In this document: one piece after another, positions 49,456 through 58,106 of the stretch
Numbering within the stretch: the first letter of the stretch is position 1
How the letters are laid out: the number at the start of each line of letters is the position of its first letter
Source of the DNA: Dehalococcoidia bacterium
GTDB lineage: Bacteria; Chloroflexota; Dehalococcoidia; GIF9; UBA5629
Assembly (NCBI GenBank): GCA_041653995.1
Contig: JBAZEK010000001.1
Location: forward strand, 1,030,613-1,094,612
Direction: 5' to 3'
Length of the DNA stretch: 64,000 nucleotides
Made by a program: the position numbers and the translations under genes
The notes under the pieces: model-generated
What the model was told of the DNA's origin: nothing
Database searches by the model: none
What the model saw: the letters and a program-made list of their open reading frames with translations, nothing else

Positions 49456-49866
49456 CTACGGTACCGTTATGCCCGATTCCCCTGAGATAGGCACGTATCT
49501 GAATGGACCGCTGTAATCCAGACCCTCCATGCCCATTTTAATATCGTTTACATCCCATATCGAGCTGATGATCCAGACCACCGCCACCTGTTTGCTGGCG
49601 GTAAGCTTTATTAGTATGGGGGCGAAGTCCTTTGTTCCCTGTTTATAGTACTCGATGGGGCCTATCTCGTAACCCTCAGCGACGGATCGCTGCTTCATCG
49701 CGGCCAGCGAGCTCCTTCCGGTCTCATTATCGAGGACCAGGAAAGAGGCATAACTTTTGGATGGATCATAGGTGAAGCCCTGTTCCGGCAACAACGAACA
49801 TGCAAGACACGGCAACGCAAGCAGGACGAGAGCCGCCAGGGTAGCAAGAAGCAGTTTCAGACGCAT
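49456..49866 (-). CDS. small lipoprotein
   Basis: MRLKLLLATLAALVLLALPCLAC signal/lipobox. The start is set at 49866 to avoid overlap with the plus-strand FeS gene. Confidence 0.4.
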   Translation of the reverse strand: MRLKLLLATLAALVLLALPCLACSLLPEQGFTYDPSKSYASFLVLDNETGRSSLAAMKQRSVAEGYEIGPIEYYKQGTKDFAPILIKLTASKQVAVVWIISSIWDVNDIKMGMEGLDYSGPFRYVPISGESGITVP

Positions 49867-49950
49867 CTTTTTAATTTCCTTACCGGTATTCCGTATATTA
49901 TACAAAATGGCAGGCCTGGACGCCCAATTCGATGTATAATCGTCAGTAAT

Positions 49951-50160
49951 ATGAAAAGGGTCTACCACAACGATAAAATAACGGTTTTCTGGGATTCGGA
50001 GAAGTGTATACATTCCGGCAACTGCTTCTCCAACCTGCCCGAGGTTTTTAAACCGATGAGGCGTCCCTGGGTGGATATCAATGCCGCCGAAGCGGCGACT
50101 ATTAAAAGCGCCATAGACAAATGCCCATCGGGCGCGCTTACCTGTGAACTGCATAAATAG
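49951..50160 (+). CDS. small (4Fe-4S)-cluster-like cysteine protein
   Basis: 69 aa with spaced Cys/His (CIHSGNC ... CPSGALTC). Confidence 0.45.
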   Translation: MKRVYHNDKITVFWDSEKCIHSGNCFSNLPEVFKPMRRPWVDINAAEAATIKSAIDKCPSGALTCELHK

Positions 50161-50252
50161 CGGGTGACTGTCGTTAGGGACATTGGGGGCATGACTAAAT
50201 ACCTATTGATACCGGAATATCTGCTGTTATAATAAGCAGTTGGAGGTGATCT

Positions 50253-50900
50253 ATGGGAATCCAGAATGCGGGACAGGTGCTCGGTGTCGTATGCCTGGGT
50301 CTGGCATCCCTGGCAGCATTTCTCATGGTGCCGGCGCGCGAACTGAGCATACGGGAGAGGATCGGCATACATACGTTTTACTGGGCTTTTGCCGTCTACG
50401 CAGCCTGGACCATATTCTTCATGTCGGCAGACCAGGGCTGGGAAAGATATTTTTATACCTGCATACCGTTGATGCTGGGATTGATCCTCAGCCTGTTGTC
50501 CGAGCTGCAGTCCAAACAGCCGCCCATCAATATAAACGATGCCCGTCTCAAAAAGATCGCCGTCCGGACGTGGCAAAGGCTGCCTAATCACGTGAAAAGA
50601 GGGCTGCAGAGCACCGTCATGAATATACAGGAGGTCCCGGAGTGGGACGAGCTGGACGAGGAATATTCCAGGGATTCCACGGCCAGGGCAGCGCGCTGGT
50701 ATACCATCCTGCCCCTGCCGACCAGAGGTATAATACACGTATCGGAAAGCGACTGCCGAAACCTGCAGGACCAGGCTGTAGCGGCAGCCCTGGCACGCGA
50801 GTTAGGCATGGCATATCAATCCACCAAAACCCCCTTCGACAGCAACGCCATCGAAAAAGCCGGCGACGAGCTGCCTGTTAAATGGAAGTTCACTAAATAG
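50253..50900 (+). CDS. membrane protein, hypothetical
   Basis: Three or four TM helices at the N-terminus. Preferred over the overlapping antisense ORF 49962..50738. Confidence 0.45.
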   Translation: MGIQNAGQVLGVVCLGLASLAAFLMVPARELSIRERIGIHTFYWAFAVYAAWTIFFMSADQGWERYFYTCIPLMLGLILSLLSELQSKQPPININDARLKKIAVRTWQRLPNHVKRGLQSTVMNIQEVPEWDELDEEYSRDSTARAARWYTILPLPTRGIIHVSESDCRNLQDQAVAAALARELGMAYQSTKTPFDSNAIEKAGDELPVKWKFTK

Positions 50901-50990
50901 GTCCGGCCTGTTGCATTCGTCTCATATCAACCGTATCATGGTGACGGTTCACTATCTATGCCCGCGGGGAACTGAGGAGGAGAACAGTAT

Positions 50991-52187
50991 ATGCTGAGCA
51001 AAAGCAGGACCTCTGTCAGGGCCGTCGATGTCGACGATGTGCTTTCCGAGTGGCGTTCCAGGGCGGTCACGGTTTTAACTTACGTGGTTCTGATAGTGGC
51101 GCTGCCGGCATTTGCGATTTCAGCGTTCTCCATGTACGCGTCAAAATCCTGGGCCGCGTTTGTCGTGATGAGCGCGGCTTACCTGGGGATGATCGCGCTT
51201 GCCTTATTAAAAAAGATCGATTTCAGGTTGCGGGCCTGGGTGCTGATCACACTGGGCTATATGATGGCCGCGGTCAATTTATGGTATTTCGGGTCCGCGG
51301 GTTCCGCGCGCGTTTATCTCCTGGCATTACCCATTTTGGGATTCATTCTAATCGGTACGCGCACCGGATGGGTCACCACCGCCTTCAGCGCCCTGCTCTA
51401 CGCTGTTTTCTGCCTTCTTGACTATTACGCAATCCTCTCGCCCCGCTTATTGCCTCTCGATAGATTTGATTTGTTGAACTGGGTTACGACTGGTTTTACT
51501 ATGATGATGCTGCTGGTTATCATCGTGATCCTGCTGATACGCATGTACCGTTTCCTGATCAACACCCTGAGGAAAGAGCGTGTCCTTTCGGCCGAGCTGG
51601 AACAGACCTACGACGCGACTCTGGAGGGCTGGGCTACTGCACTGGAATATCGCGACCTTGAAACGGCCGGACACTGTCACCGCGTCAGCGCAATAACCAA
51701 AAGGCTGGCGGAGGCCGACGGCACGGGAGCGCTCGATATAATGGACGTCCATCGCGGCTCCCTTCTGCACGACGTCGGCAAAATGGGCATACCGGACAGC
51801 GTCCTGCTCAAGCCGGGCAAGCTCACCGATGAGGAATTCAAGCAGATGCAGCAGCATACAACCTATGCGTATGAACTGTTGTCCCATATACCCTATCTCA
51901 AACATGCGCTGGATATACCTTACTGCCACCACGAGAAATGGGATGGCAGCGGCTATCCGCGCGGGTTGAAGGGCACGGATATCCCCCTTTCGGCCCGCAT
52001 CTTCTCGGTGGTCGACGTCTACGATGCCCTCATCTCGGACCGCCCATACCGCAAAGCCTGGCAGGAAGAGAAGGCGATCGAATATATAAAAGAGAGATCG
52101 GGCAAAGATTTCGACCCGGCCGTGGTCCAGGCGTTTGTAAAGCTGGCCGAAGAGGAAACCGATTCGCTTTCCAGCAGCGAAGAATGA
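50991..52187 (+). CDS. membrane-anchored HD-GYP domain phosphodiesterase
   Basis: Five N-terminal TM helices. The HD-GYP domain is HCHRVSAITKRLAE...HHEKWDGSGYPRGL. Confidence 0.85.
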   Translation: MLSKSRTSVRAVDVDDVLSEWRSRAVTVLTYVVLIVALPAFAISAFSMYASKSWAAFVVMSAAYLGMIALALLKKIDFRLRAWVLITLGYMMAAVNLWYFGSAGSARVYLLALPILGFILIGTRTGWVTTAFSALLYAVFCLLDYYAILSPRLLPLDRFDLLNWVTTGFTMMMLLVIIVILLIRMYRFLINTLRKERVLSAELEQTYDATLEGWATALEYRDLETAGHCHRVSAITKRLAEADGTGALDIMDVHRGSLLHDVGKMGIPDSVLLKPGKLTDEEFKQMQQHTTYAYELLSHIPYLKHALDIPYCHHEKWDGSGYPRGLKGTDIPLSARIFSVVDVYDALISDRPYRKAWQEEKAIEYIKERSGKDFDPAVVQAFVKLAEEETDSLSSSEE

Positions 52188-52350
52188 CAGACCATAGCAA
52201 ACCCGAGGCTATGTCGCTTCAAGCTGTTATGAAAATCCTTCTCAAGAATAATTAATCAGCCCGCTACTGAATTAGGTATGCCTACGTATTTATCAGGCGG
52301 CGCTAAGATTGTATACTTTCCACTCACTACAATGGAGGAGAAAGTATACA

Positions 52351-53187
52351 ATGATAAAAATAATCTGCGACAGCACCGGAGACATTCCCGAGGAAATAAG
52401 AAAGCAGTACGACATCACCATCGTGCCGCTTAACGTGCAATTCGGCACCGACAGCTATCAGGACGGCGTGAACCTTACTGGAACTCAGTTCTATAAGATG
52501 CTGGTGGAGGGCAAGGTGCATCCCACCACATCCCAGCCCGCGCCCGGCGTGTTTGCCGAGGCATATGAGAAGCTGGCCAAACAAACGGATGAAATACTGG
52601 TGCTGACCATATCGGCCGGCATCAGCGGCACCTACGACAGCGCCATGCAGGCCAAACAACTTGTGGACAGCAAGCTTAAAATCGAGGTCATCGATAGCAA
52701 GTGGACCTGCGCCGGGCTGCTGCTGCCCACACTCAAAGCTGCCAGGGCGGTTGAAAAGGGCATGAAGATGGCGGAGATCACCAGTATGATAAAGGATATC
52801 CTGCCTAAGATCCGTGTCTACATGATTTTCGACACCCTGGAATACCTGAGGAAAGGCGGCCGCATCGGCCGGGCCAAGGCGCTGCTGGGGGGTATGCTCA
52901 AACTGAACCCGGTTTTGACGCTCAAGGACGGTGTAATCCACCCGGTGACTCAAGCTCGCGGCCGTGCCAAAGCCGTAGATCTATTGGTTGACCTGATTAA
53001 AAAGACCGGTAATCCTGACGAAATCGTGGTGGAAGATGCCACCACACCGGATGAGCTCGAAGACCTGGCCAAACGTATAGGCTCCGCCATCCCCAACGCC
53101 AAAATAATCCGCACCAAGGTTGGCCCCACTATCGGCGTCCACGCCGGTCCGAGGATTATGGTCGCCGGCGCAATAGCCACCGTCTGA
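52351..53187 (+). CDS. DegV-family fatty-acid-binding protein
   Basis: IKIICDSTGDIPEE N-terminus and fold-typical spacing. ATG at 52351 after a GGAGGAG RBS. Confidence 0.85.
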   Translation: MIKIICDSTGDIPEEIRKQYDITIVPLNVQFGTDSYQDGVNLTGTQFYKMLVEGKVHPTTSQPAPGVFAEAYEKLAKQTDEILVLTISAGISGTYDSAMQAKQLVDSKLKIEVIDSKWTCAGLLLPTLKAARAVEKGMKMAEITSMIKDILPKIRVYMIFDTLEYLRKGGRIGRAKALLGGMLKLNPVLTLKDGVIHPVTQARGRAKAVDLLVDLIKKTGNPDEIVVEDATTPDELEDLAKRIGSAIPNAKIIRTKVGPTIGVHAGPRIMVAGAIATV

Positions 53188-53479
53188 TCCTCCTCTCCAT
53201 CAGTCAGACTACTGGAACCTGTGAAGAATCCCGATGTGAGCCGGGTGCGGTCTATGTCGTTATCCGGCTCACAGGTTTTTTTTGCTTTCAGCCCTTCCGC
53301 CGCCTGCAATCGATCCCATTTCAGCAGTGTTTCGGATCAACCCTGTATTAACCCAGTACCTAAGTCATAGTACCATAGTAGTATTGCTAATTTGAATATA
53401 CTGAGGTTATATATATGACATATGTATATGAGGTCGGATGTGAGGGTCCCCTTCAAATCAAACTTATATACATGCAAGG

Positions 53480-55312
53480 GTGAGGGTGAAACCGAATAGA
53501 TATGAAAAAGATCGATCTTTAAGTGAGGCATGGGCCGGCATCGACCGCGAGAGCTGTGATCAGCTGTTCAAATCGATATTTTTGAATTCCCCCATAGGTA
53601 AATACGTTGGGCAGAACGGCAAGTTCGTGCTCTTTAATCCTGCCTTTGAAAAGATCACCGGTCATAAGAAAGACGATCTCAGGGACATGCGCCATTTGAG
53701 CCTGGTCGTCCCGGCCGACAGGGAGCTCGTCAGAAGGAATGCCGTGCGCATGCTTAAAGGTTTGCGCAAAACACCCTACCGGTTCAGGGTATGTACGCGC
53801 ACGGGCGAGGTGCGCTGGATAATCGAGACAGTCGTGCCCATCGTGTACCGGGGCCGGCGCGCCGTCCTGGGCAATTCCACGGACATCACCAGCCAGAAAA
53901 ACCTGGGGGAGTCGTTTAAGGCAAGCGAGGAAAAATACCGCGCGCTGGTGGAGAATATCAACGACGTTTTATTCACGCTGGACACCAGGAAGACTATAAC
54001 TTATATAAGTCCGGTCGTAGAGCGCGTCACCAGCTATAAAGTTAAGGAATTGCTGGGACAACCCTTTACCTCATATGTACATCCGGATGACCTGCCGGGC
54101 CTGCTGGGCAGCTACAAACGCCTGCTGTCGGGGATAGTGGAGCCATGGGAATTCCGCCTGAAGGACAGGGACGGTGAAACCAGATTCGTGCGTTCCTCCA
54201 GCCGCCCGATCTACCGGGAAAAACGCATCGTGGGGGTTTCCGGCCTGATAACCGATATAACCGAGCACAGGAAAGCTGAGGACGAGCTTGTGAGATCCAA
54301 GAACCTGTTGCAGAACGTGATAGACGCCACTCCCGACTGGATGTGCGTCAAAGATTTCGAGCATAAATACATATTAGTCAACAAGAGCTTTGCTCAGGCT
54401 CAGCACCTTTCACCCCGGGATATGATAGGCAGGCCGGATACCGACTTCTTCGCGGAAGAGCTATGCGTGGGTAATCCGGGAAAAGGCATCGCGGGATTTC
54501 ACCATGACGACATGCAGGCCTTTCAGGGCCTCCTCGTGCAGAATCCCGGGACCGTTGTAACCTGGGCCGATAGCTCACAACATATTTACGATATATACAA
54601 TATCCCGTTGAGGGACAACTCGGGAAATGTGTACGCCGCCCTCACGTACAGCCGCGACTCCACAGAGAGACAGAAGGCGGAGGAAGAGCGCGAGGCATCC
54701 ATCAACGCCCTACAGAGGACTTTGCGGGCCCTGGTGGATACCATGGTCAAGGTGGTGGAGATGCGAGACCCATATACCGCCGAACACCAGCACCGGGTGG
54801 CCGACCTGGCGGGCGCCATTGCCAGGGAAATGAAGATGGATGAGCTGCGGATCGAACACCTGGTGATGGCGGCCAAAATCCACGATATCGGCAAGATGTA
54901 TGTGCCGTCGGATATACTCAGCAAGCCCGGCAAACTGACCGACACCGAACTGGACCTGATCAAGACGCATACCCTCGGCAGCTATTCCATACTGCGGGAC
55001 ATCGAGTTCTCCCGTCCCATCGCCTTAATGGTCCTGCAGCACCATGAAAGGCTGGACGGTTCCGGTTACCCCCGGGGATCGACGGGCAAAGAGATGCTGA
55101 CGGAGTCCAAGATACTGGCTGTGGCCGATGTGGTGGAAGCCATGTCGTCGCACCGCCCCTACAGAGCGGCGCTGGGTATAGATAAAGCCCTGAATGAAAT
55201 ATCAAAGAATCAAGGCAGGCTGTACGATCCCGAAGTTGTCGACGTCTGCCTGATGCTGTTTAAAGAGAAAGGATTTAAATTCGAGGACAGGTTCGTCTAC
55301 AGGGACCTGTAG
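53480..55312 (+). CDS. PAS-PAS-PAS sensor with C-terminal HD-GYP domain
   Basis: Three PAS-like segments, then HQHRVADLAGAIAREM...HHERLDGSGYPRG. Confidence 0.8.
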   Translation: MRVKPNRYEKDRSLSEAWAGIDRESCDQLFKSIFLNSPIGKYVGQNGKFVLFNPAFEKITGHKKDDLRDMRHLSLVVPADRELVRRNAVRMLKGLRKTPYRFRVCTRTGEVRWIIETVVPIVYRGRRAVLGNSTDITSQKNLGESFKASEEKYRALVENINDVLFTLDTRKTITYISPVVERVTSYKVKELLGQPFTSYVHPDDLPGLLGSYKRLLSGIVEPWEFRLKDRDGETRFVRSSSRPIYREKRIVGVSGLITDITEHRKAEDELVRSKNLLQNVIDATPDWMCVKDFEHKYILVNKSFAQAQHLSPRDMIGRPDTDFFAEELCVGNPGKGIAGFHHDDMQAFQGLLVQNPGTVVTWADSSQHIYDIYNIPLRDNSGNVYAALTYSRDSTERQKAEEEREASINALQRTLRALVDTMVKVVEMRDPYTAEHQHRVADLAGAIAREMKMDELRIEHLVMAAKIHDIGKMYVPSDILSKPGKLTDTELDLIKTHTLGSYSILRDIEFSRPIALMVLQHHERLDGSGYPRGSTGKEMLTESKILAVADVVEAMSSHRPYRAALGIDKALNEISKNQGRLYDPEVVDVCLMLFKEKGFKFEDRFVYRDL

Positions 55313-55453
55313 CTACCGCCTGCCGATATCACCGCCATCTTTCTAAACCACTTTGCTTTCCTCTACGTTTTAATATTTGATCAATATTTGAGCTGTATAC
55401 TGTTTATGTAAACAGCTTAAGATGGTCAATTATAGTGCGCAGGACGTAGATAA

Positions 55454-55651
55454 ATGCTGAAGAATTTGTACTGCCCCAGGTGCATGGCGCGGGTTATGTG
55501 CGGTGAGAGATTCTGTGGGAATTGCGGTGCAAACCTTGTATGGGCGGTGCGGCCGGCACAGTCAGGTGTGCCTGTGACGCCCATCAGCAAGGATATCTCC
55601 AGATTACTGGCAGACTTCGAGAAGCATATTAAATACAGCCATTCCAACTGA
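55454..55651 (+). CDS. small zinc-ribbon protein
   Basis: CPRCMARVMCGERFCGNCG. Confidence 0.45.
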   Translation: MLKNLYCPRCMARVMCGERFCGNCGANLVWAVRPAQSGVPVTPISKDISRLLADFEKHIKYSHSN

Positions 55652-55751
55652 AGTAATACACCGCCCGTTTAAGTTTAAGAGTTGCATAATAAGGAAGCGC
55701 TGACCGGGTCGATGCGATCAGCGCTTCCCTGTTTTATAAGACGTCAGGCTG

Positions 55752-56180
55752 CTACGGCATGGGCGGCGGGGGTGGCATGGTGCCGGGGAAGGGGCCGGGG
55801 AACGGGCCGGGGAACGGAGCGGGCCGCGGCGCCGGGTATGAACGATACGGGTAGTTATACCAGGGTGTGCCGTAGGAGTAGGTCCGGTAATAGATAACGG
55901 TGGGTTGATAGGCCGGCTGCGCAGAAGTTACATACGTATTCTGCTGCCGCAGTTTGGCCTGGGCTTCAGCCAGCGATTGCTGGGTAGTATTCAGTTGCTG
56001 CTGGGTTGAAGACAACTGCTGCTGTGTAGAGTTCAGCGAGTTGTTGAGTGAGTTCACCTGGCCTTGCAGGGCCATGTACTGCTCGCTGCTTATACCAGTG
56101 GAAATGCAACCCGCAGACATCACCGTCATCAGCAATACGACTGATAGAACCGCGATAATTGCTGTCTTTTTCATTTTCAC
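55752..56180 (-). CDS. secreted Q-rich coiled-coil / proline-rich lipoprotein
   Basis: Signal/lipobox (SAGC), a QQQL coiled-coil segment and a C-terminal PFPGPFPGP tract. Confidence 0.5.
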   Translation of the reverse strand: MKMKKTAIIAVLSVVLLMTVMSAGCISTGISSEQYMALQGQVNSLNNSLNSTQQQLSSTQQQLNTTQQSLAEAQAKLRQQNTYVTSAQPAYQPTVIYYRTYSYGTPWYNYPYRSYPAPRPAPFPGPFPGPFPGTMPPPPPMP

Positions 56181-56281
56181 CTCCTTTTTCTTAGCATAAA
56201 GGAGGTGAACTCAGTATGCTTGACGGCAATCTGACAAGTTACTGATATCAGGCTAACAAATTATCGATCGAGGCTGAATTG

Positions 56282-57880
56282 TCACGGGGTTACGCTCACG
56301 GTGACCGTGGCGTTATCAGTCCCGTAGCTGTTGATGGCGGTCAAGGTAAAGCTGGTGGTTTCAGCCGGCGATACAGCCTGCGTGTATTTCGAGGCTGGAA
56401 CGCCGATGCCCTGGTCAATAATGTATAAAGTAGCGCCATTCACATTCCAGGAAAGGTTGGATGTCCCGCCCTGAGAAATGCCGGTAGGCGTGGCCGTGAA
56501 AGATCTTATTATCGGCGCAGTGCCGTCGGTTAAAACGCCTACCGCAACCGTGACTTCCTTCTTTACGGAGCCGAACGTGTTGACCGCGGTCAGCTCATAA
56601 GTGGTGGAAGCGGTCGGTATCACCTTCGTCCAGCCGGAAGACGGTACGCTGCCGACATTCGGGCTGATAGAGACTGTCCTGGCCGCATCGACCGTCCAAT
56701 TGAGTGTCACCTCCTCCCCCAGCATGATCGAATTGTTGCTTACGGAGAAGGTTTTAATCCGGGGCGGGTCTTTGGTCAGCGCCGGACCGGTGCTCAGGCT
56801 GGAAGCATCCACGCTGATAGTGACCGTCCTGGTTACCGAGCCGTAGTCGCTGTCGGCCCTCAATGTATATACTGCGGTCTCGGAGGGCGTTATTCTGACC
56901 GTACCCTTTAAGGCCACGCCGCCGATGCCCGGACTGATATTAATCGATTTCGCGCCGATGATATCCCATGCCAGCGTCGCTTCGTCGCCGGCTTTAATCG
57001 AGGACGGGCTGGCGCTGAAGATCGTGATGATGGGCGTCTTGGATGTGCTTACCTCCAGCGCGGCTGAAGCGGTTGTATTGCCGTTGATATTGGCCGCCGT
57101 CAGCACATAGCGGGTGGTCGCTCCCGGGGAAACGACTTTCGATCCGGTCGAAGATACGGTTCCCACCTCCGGCTGGATGGAAACCGATGTTGCGCCGGAG
57201 ACGTTCCAGGATAAAGTGGACGTCTGCCCCACATAGATACCGCCAGGGCTGGCAACAAAGCTGTTGACCGTCGGCGGCTTGCCGGTGACCTCAACGGTTA
57301 TCTCCCTGCTCACAGAGCCGCCGAAACGGCTATCGGCGGTCAGCTTATAGGTAGTGGTTTCATCCGGCGACATTTTCTTTGTTCCGCTGAAAGACACCGT
57401 CCCTATGCCGGGGCTGATGGAGACGGCGGTTGCCTCGCCGACATCCCACTGTAAAGTCACCTCCTGGCCGGATATAATCGTAGATGAACTGGCCTCGAAA
57501 GCTGTAATAACCGGCGGCGCAAACAGTTTTTCAATATCTCCCTTCAAAGCAACGCCCGTGACGATAAGCGCTGTAACAACAAGCAAGGCAGAGGCTATAG
57601 CAATAGTCTTTGTCCGGTTATCTTTTATCCGCTGCAGCAGTTTCGATACGACGCTATTATTCGGCGGTTGTTCCTGTCCCTGCGAATCCTGACCCGCCCA
57701 TTGATTACCTTCCTGCGACTGATACCATTGCTGCTGCTGATCATGCCGGGAATCGTATGACTGGGACTGGCCCTGCGTCTGGGATCCCTGCCAGTTGAGG
57801 ACGGTTTTGCAGTATGAGCACTGCGCCTGTCCGTAGACGACAGGTGTGTTGCAGTAGGGGCAGTAATACATTTGCTGCAT
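56282..57880 (-). CDS. MQQMYxCPxC zinc-ribbon / TM / tandem Ig-like-repeat surface protein
   Basis: N-terminus MQQMYYCPYCNTPVVYGQAQCSYCKTVLNW, a Q-rich linker, one TM helix, then about five ~90-aa repeats (e.g. ...SxxxTLxWxVxGAxxVSIxPxIGxV...). Confidence 0.65.
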   Translation of the reverse strand: MQQMYYCPYCNTPVVYGQAQCSYCKTVLNWQGSQTQGQSQSYDSRHDQQQQWYQSQEGNQWAGQDSQGQEQPPNNSVVSKLLQRIKDNRTKTIAIASALLVVTALIVTGVALKGDIEKLFAPPVITAFEASSSTIISGQEVTLQWDVGEATAVSISPGIGTVSFSGTKKMSPDETTTYKLTADSRFGGSVSREITVEVTGKPPTVNSFVASPGGIYVGQTSTLSWNVSGATSVSIQPEVGTVSSTGSKVVSPGATTRYVLTAANINGNTTASAALEVSTSKTPIITIFSASPSSIKAGDEATLAWDIIGAKSINISPGIGGVALKGTVRITPSETAVYTLRADSDYGSVTRTVTISVDASSLSTGPALTKDPPRIKTFSVSNNSIMLGEEVTLNWTVDAARTVSISPNVGSVPSSGWTKVIPTASTTYELTAVNTFGSVKKEVTVAVGVLTDGTAPIIRSFTATPTGISQGGTSNLSWNVNGATLYIIDQGIGVPASKYTQAVSPAETTSFTLTAINSYGTDNATVTVSVTP

Positions 57881-58106
57881 GATATATTTTTACTTCCGTC
57901 ACAGAGGTAAGTCAAGCTGTATAAATAGTCCGGTGTGCCGGGATTGTTCGATCTTCTCCCTGTGGTTGACGAAGCTTAGCATAATGCATAGTCCGGGCCG
58001 GGTCAACTCATTCTCAGATAAGGACGCCATTGCTTTCGTGCCCTTAATAAATCCTTTATAATTTGCACATAAACTATTACATATATGACAAAAGTGAAGA
58101 TTTGTT

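Noticed and set aside
49962-50738. 258-aa minus-strand ORF
   Set aside because: It overlaps a plus-strand membrane-protein ORF with convincing TM helices and a small FeS ORF. It has no signature of its own.
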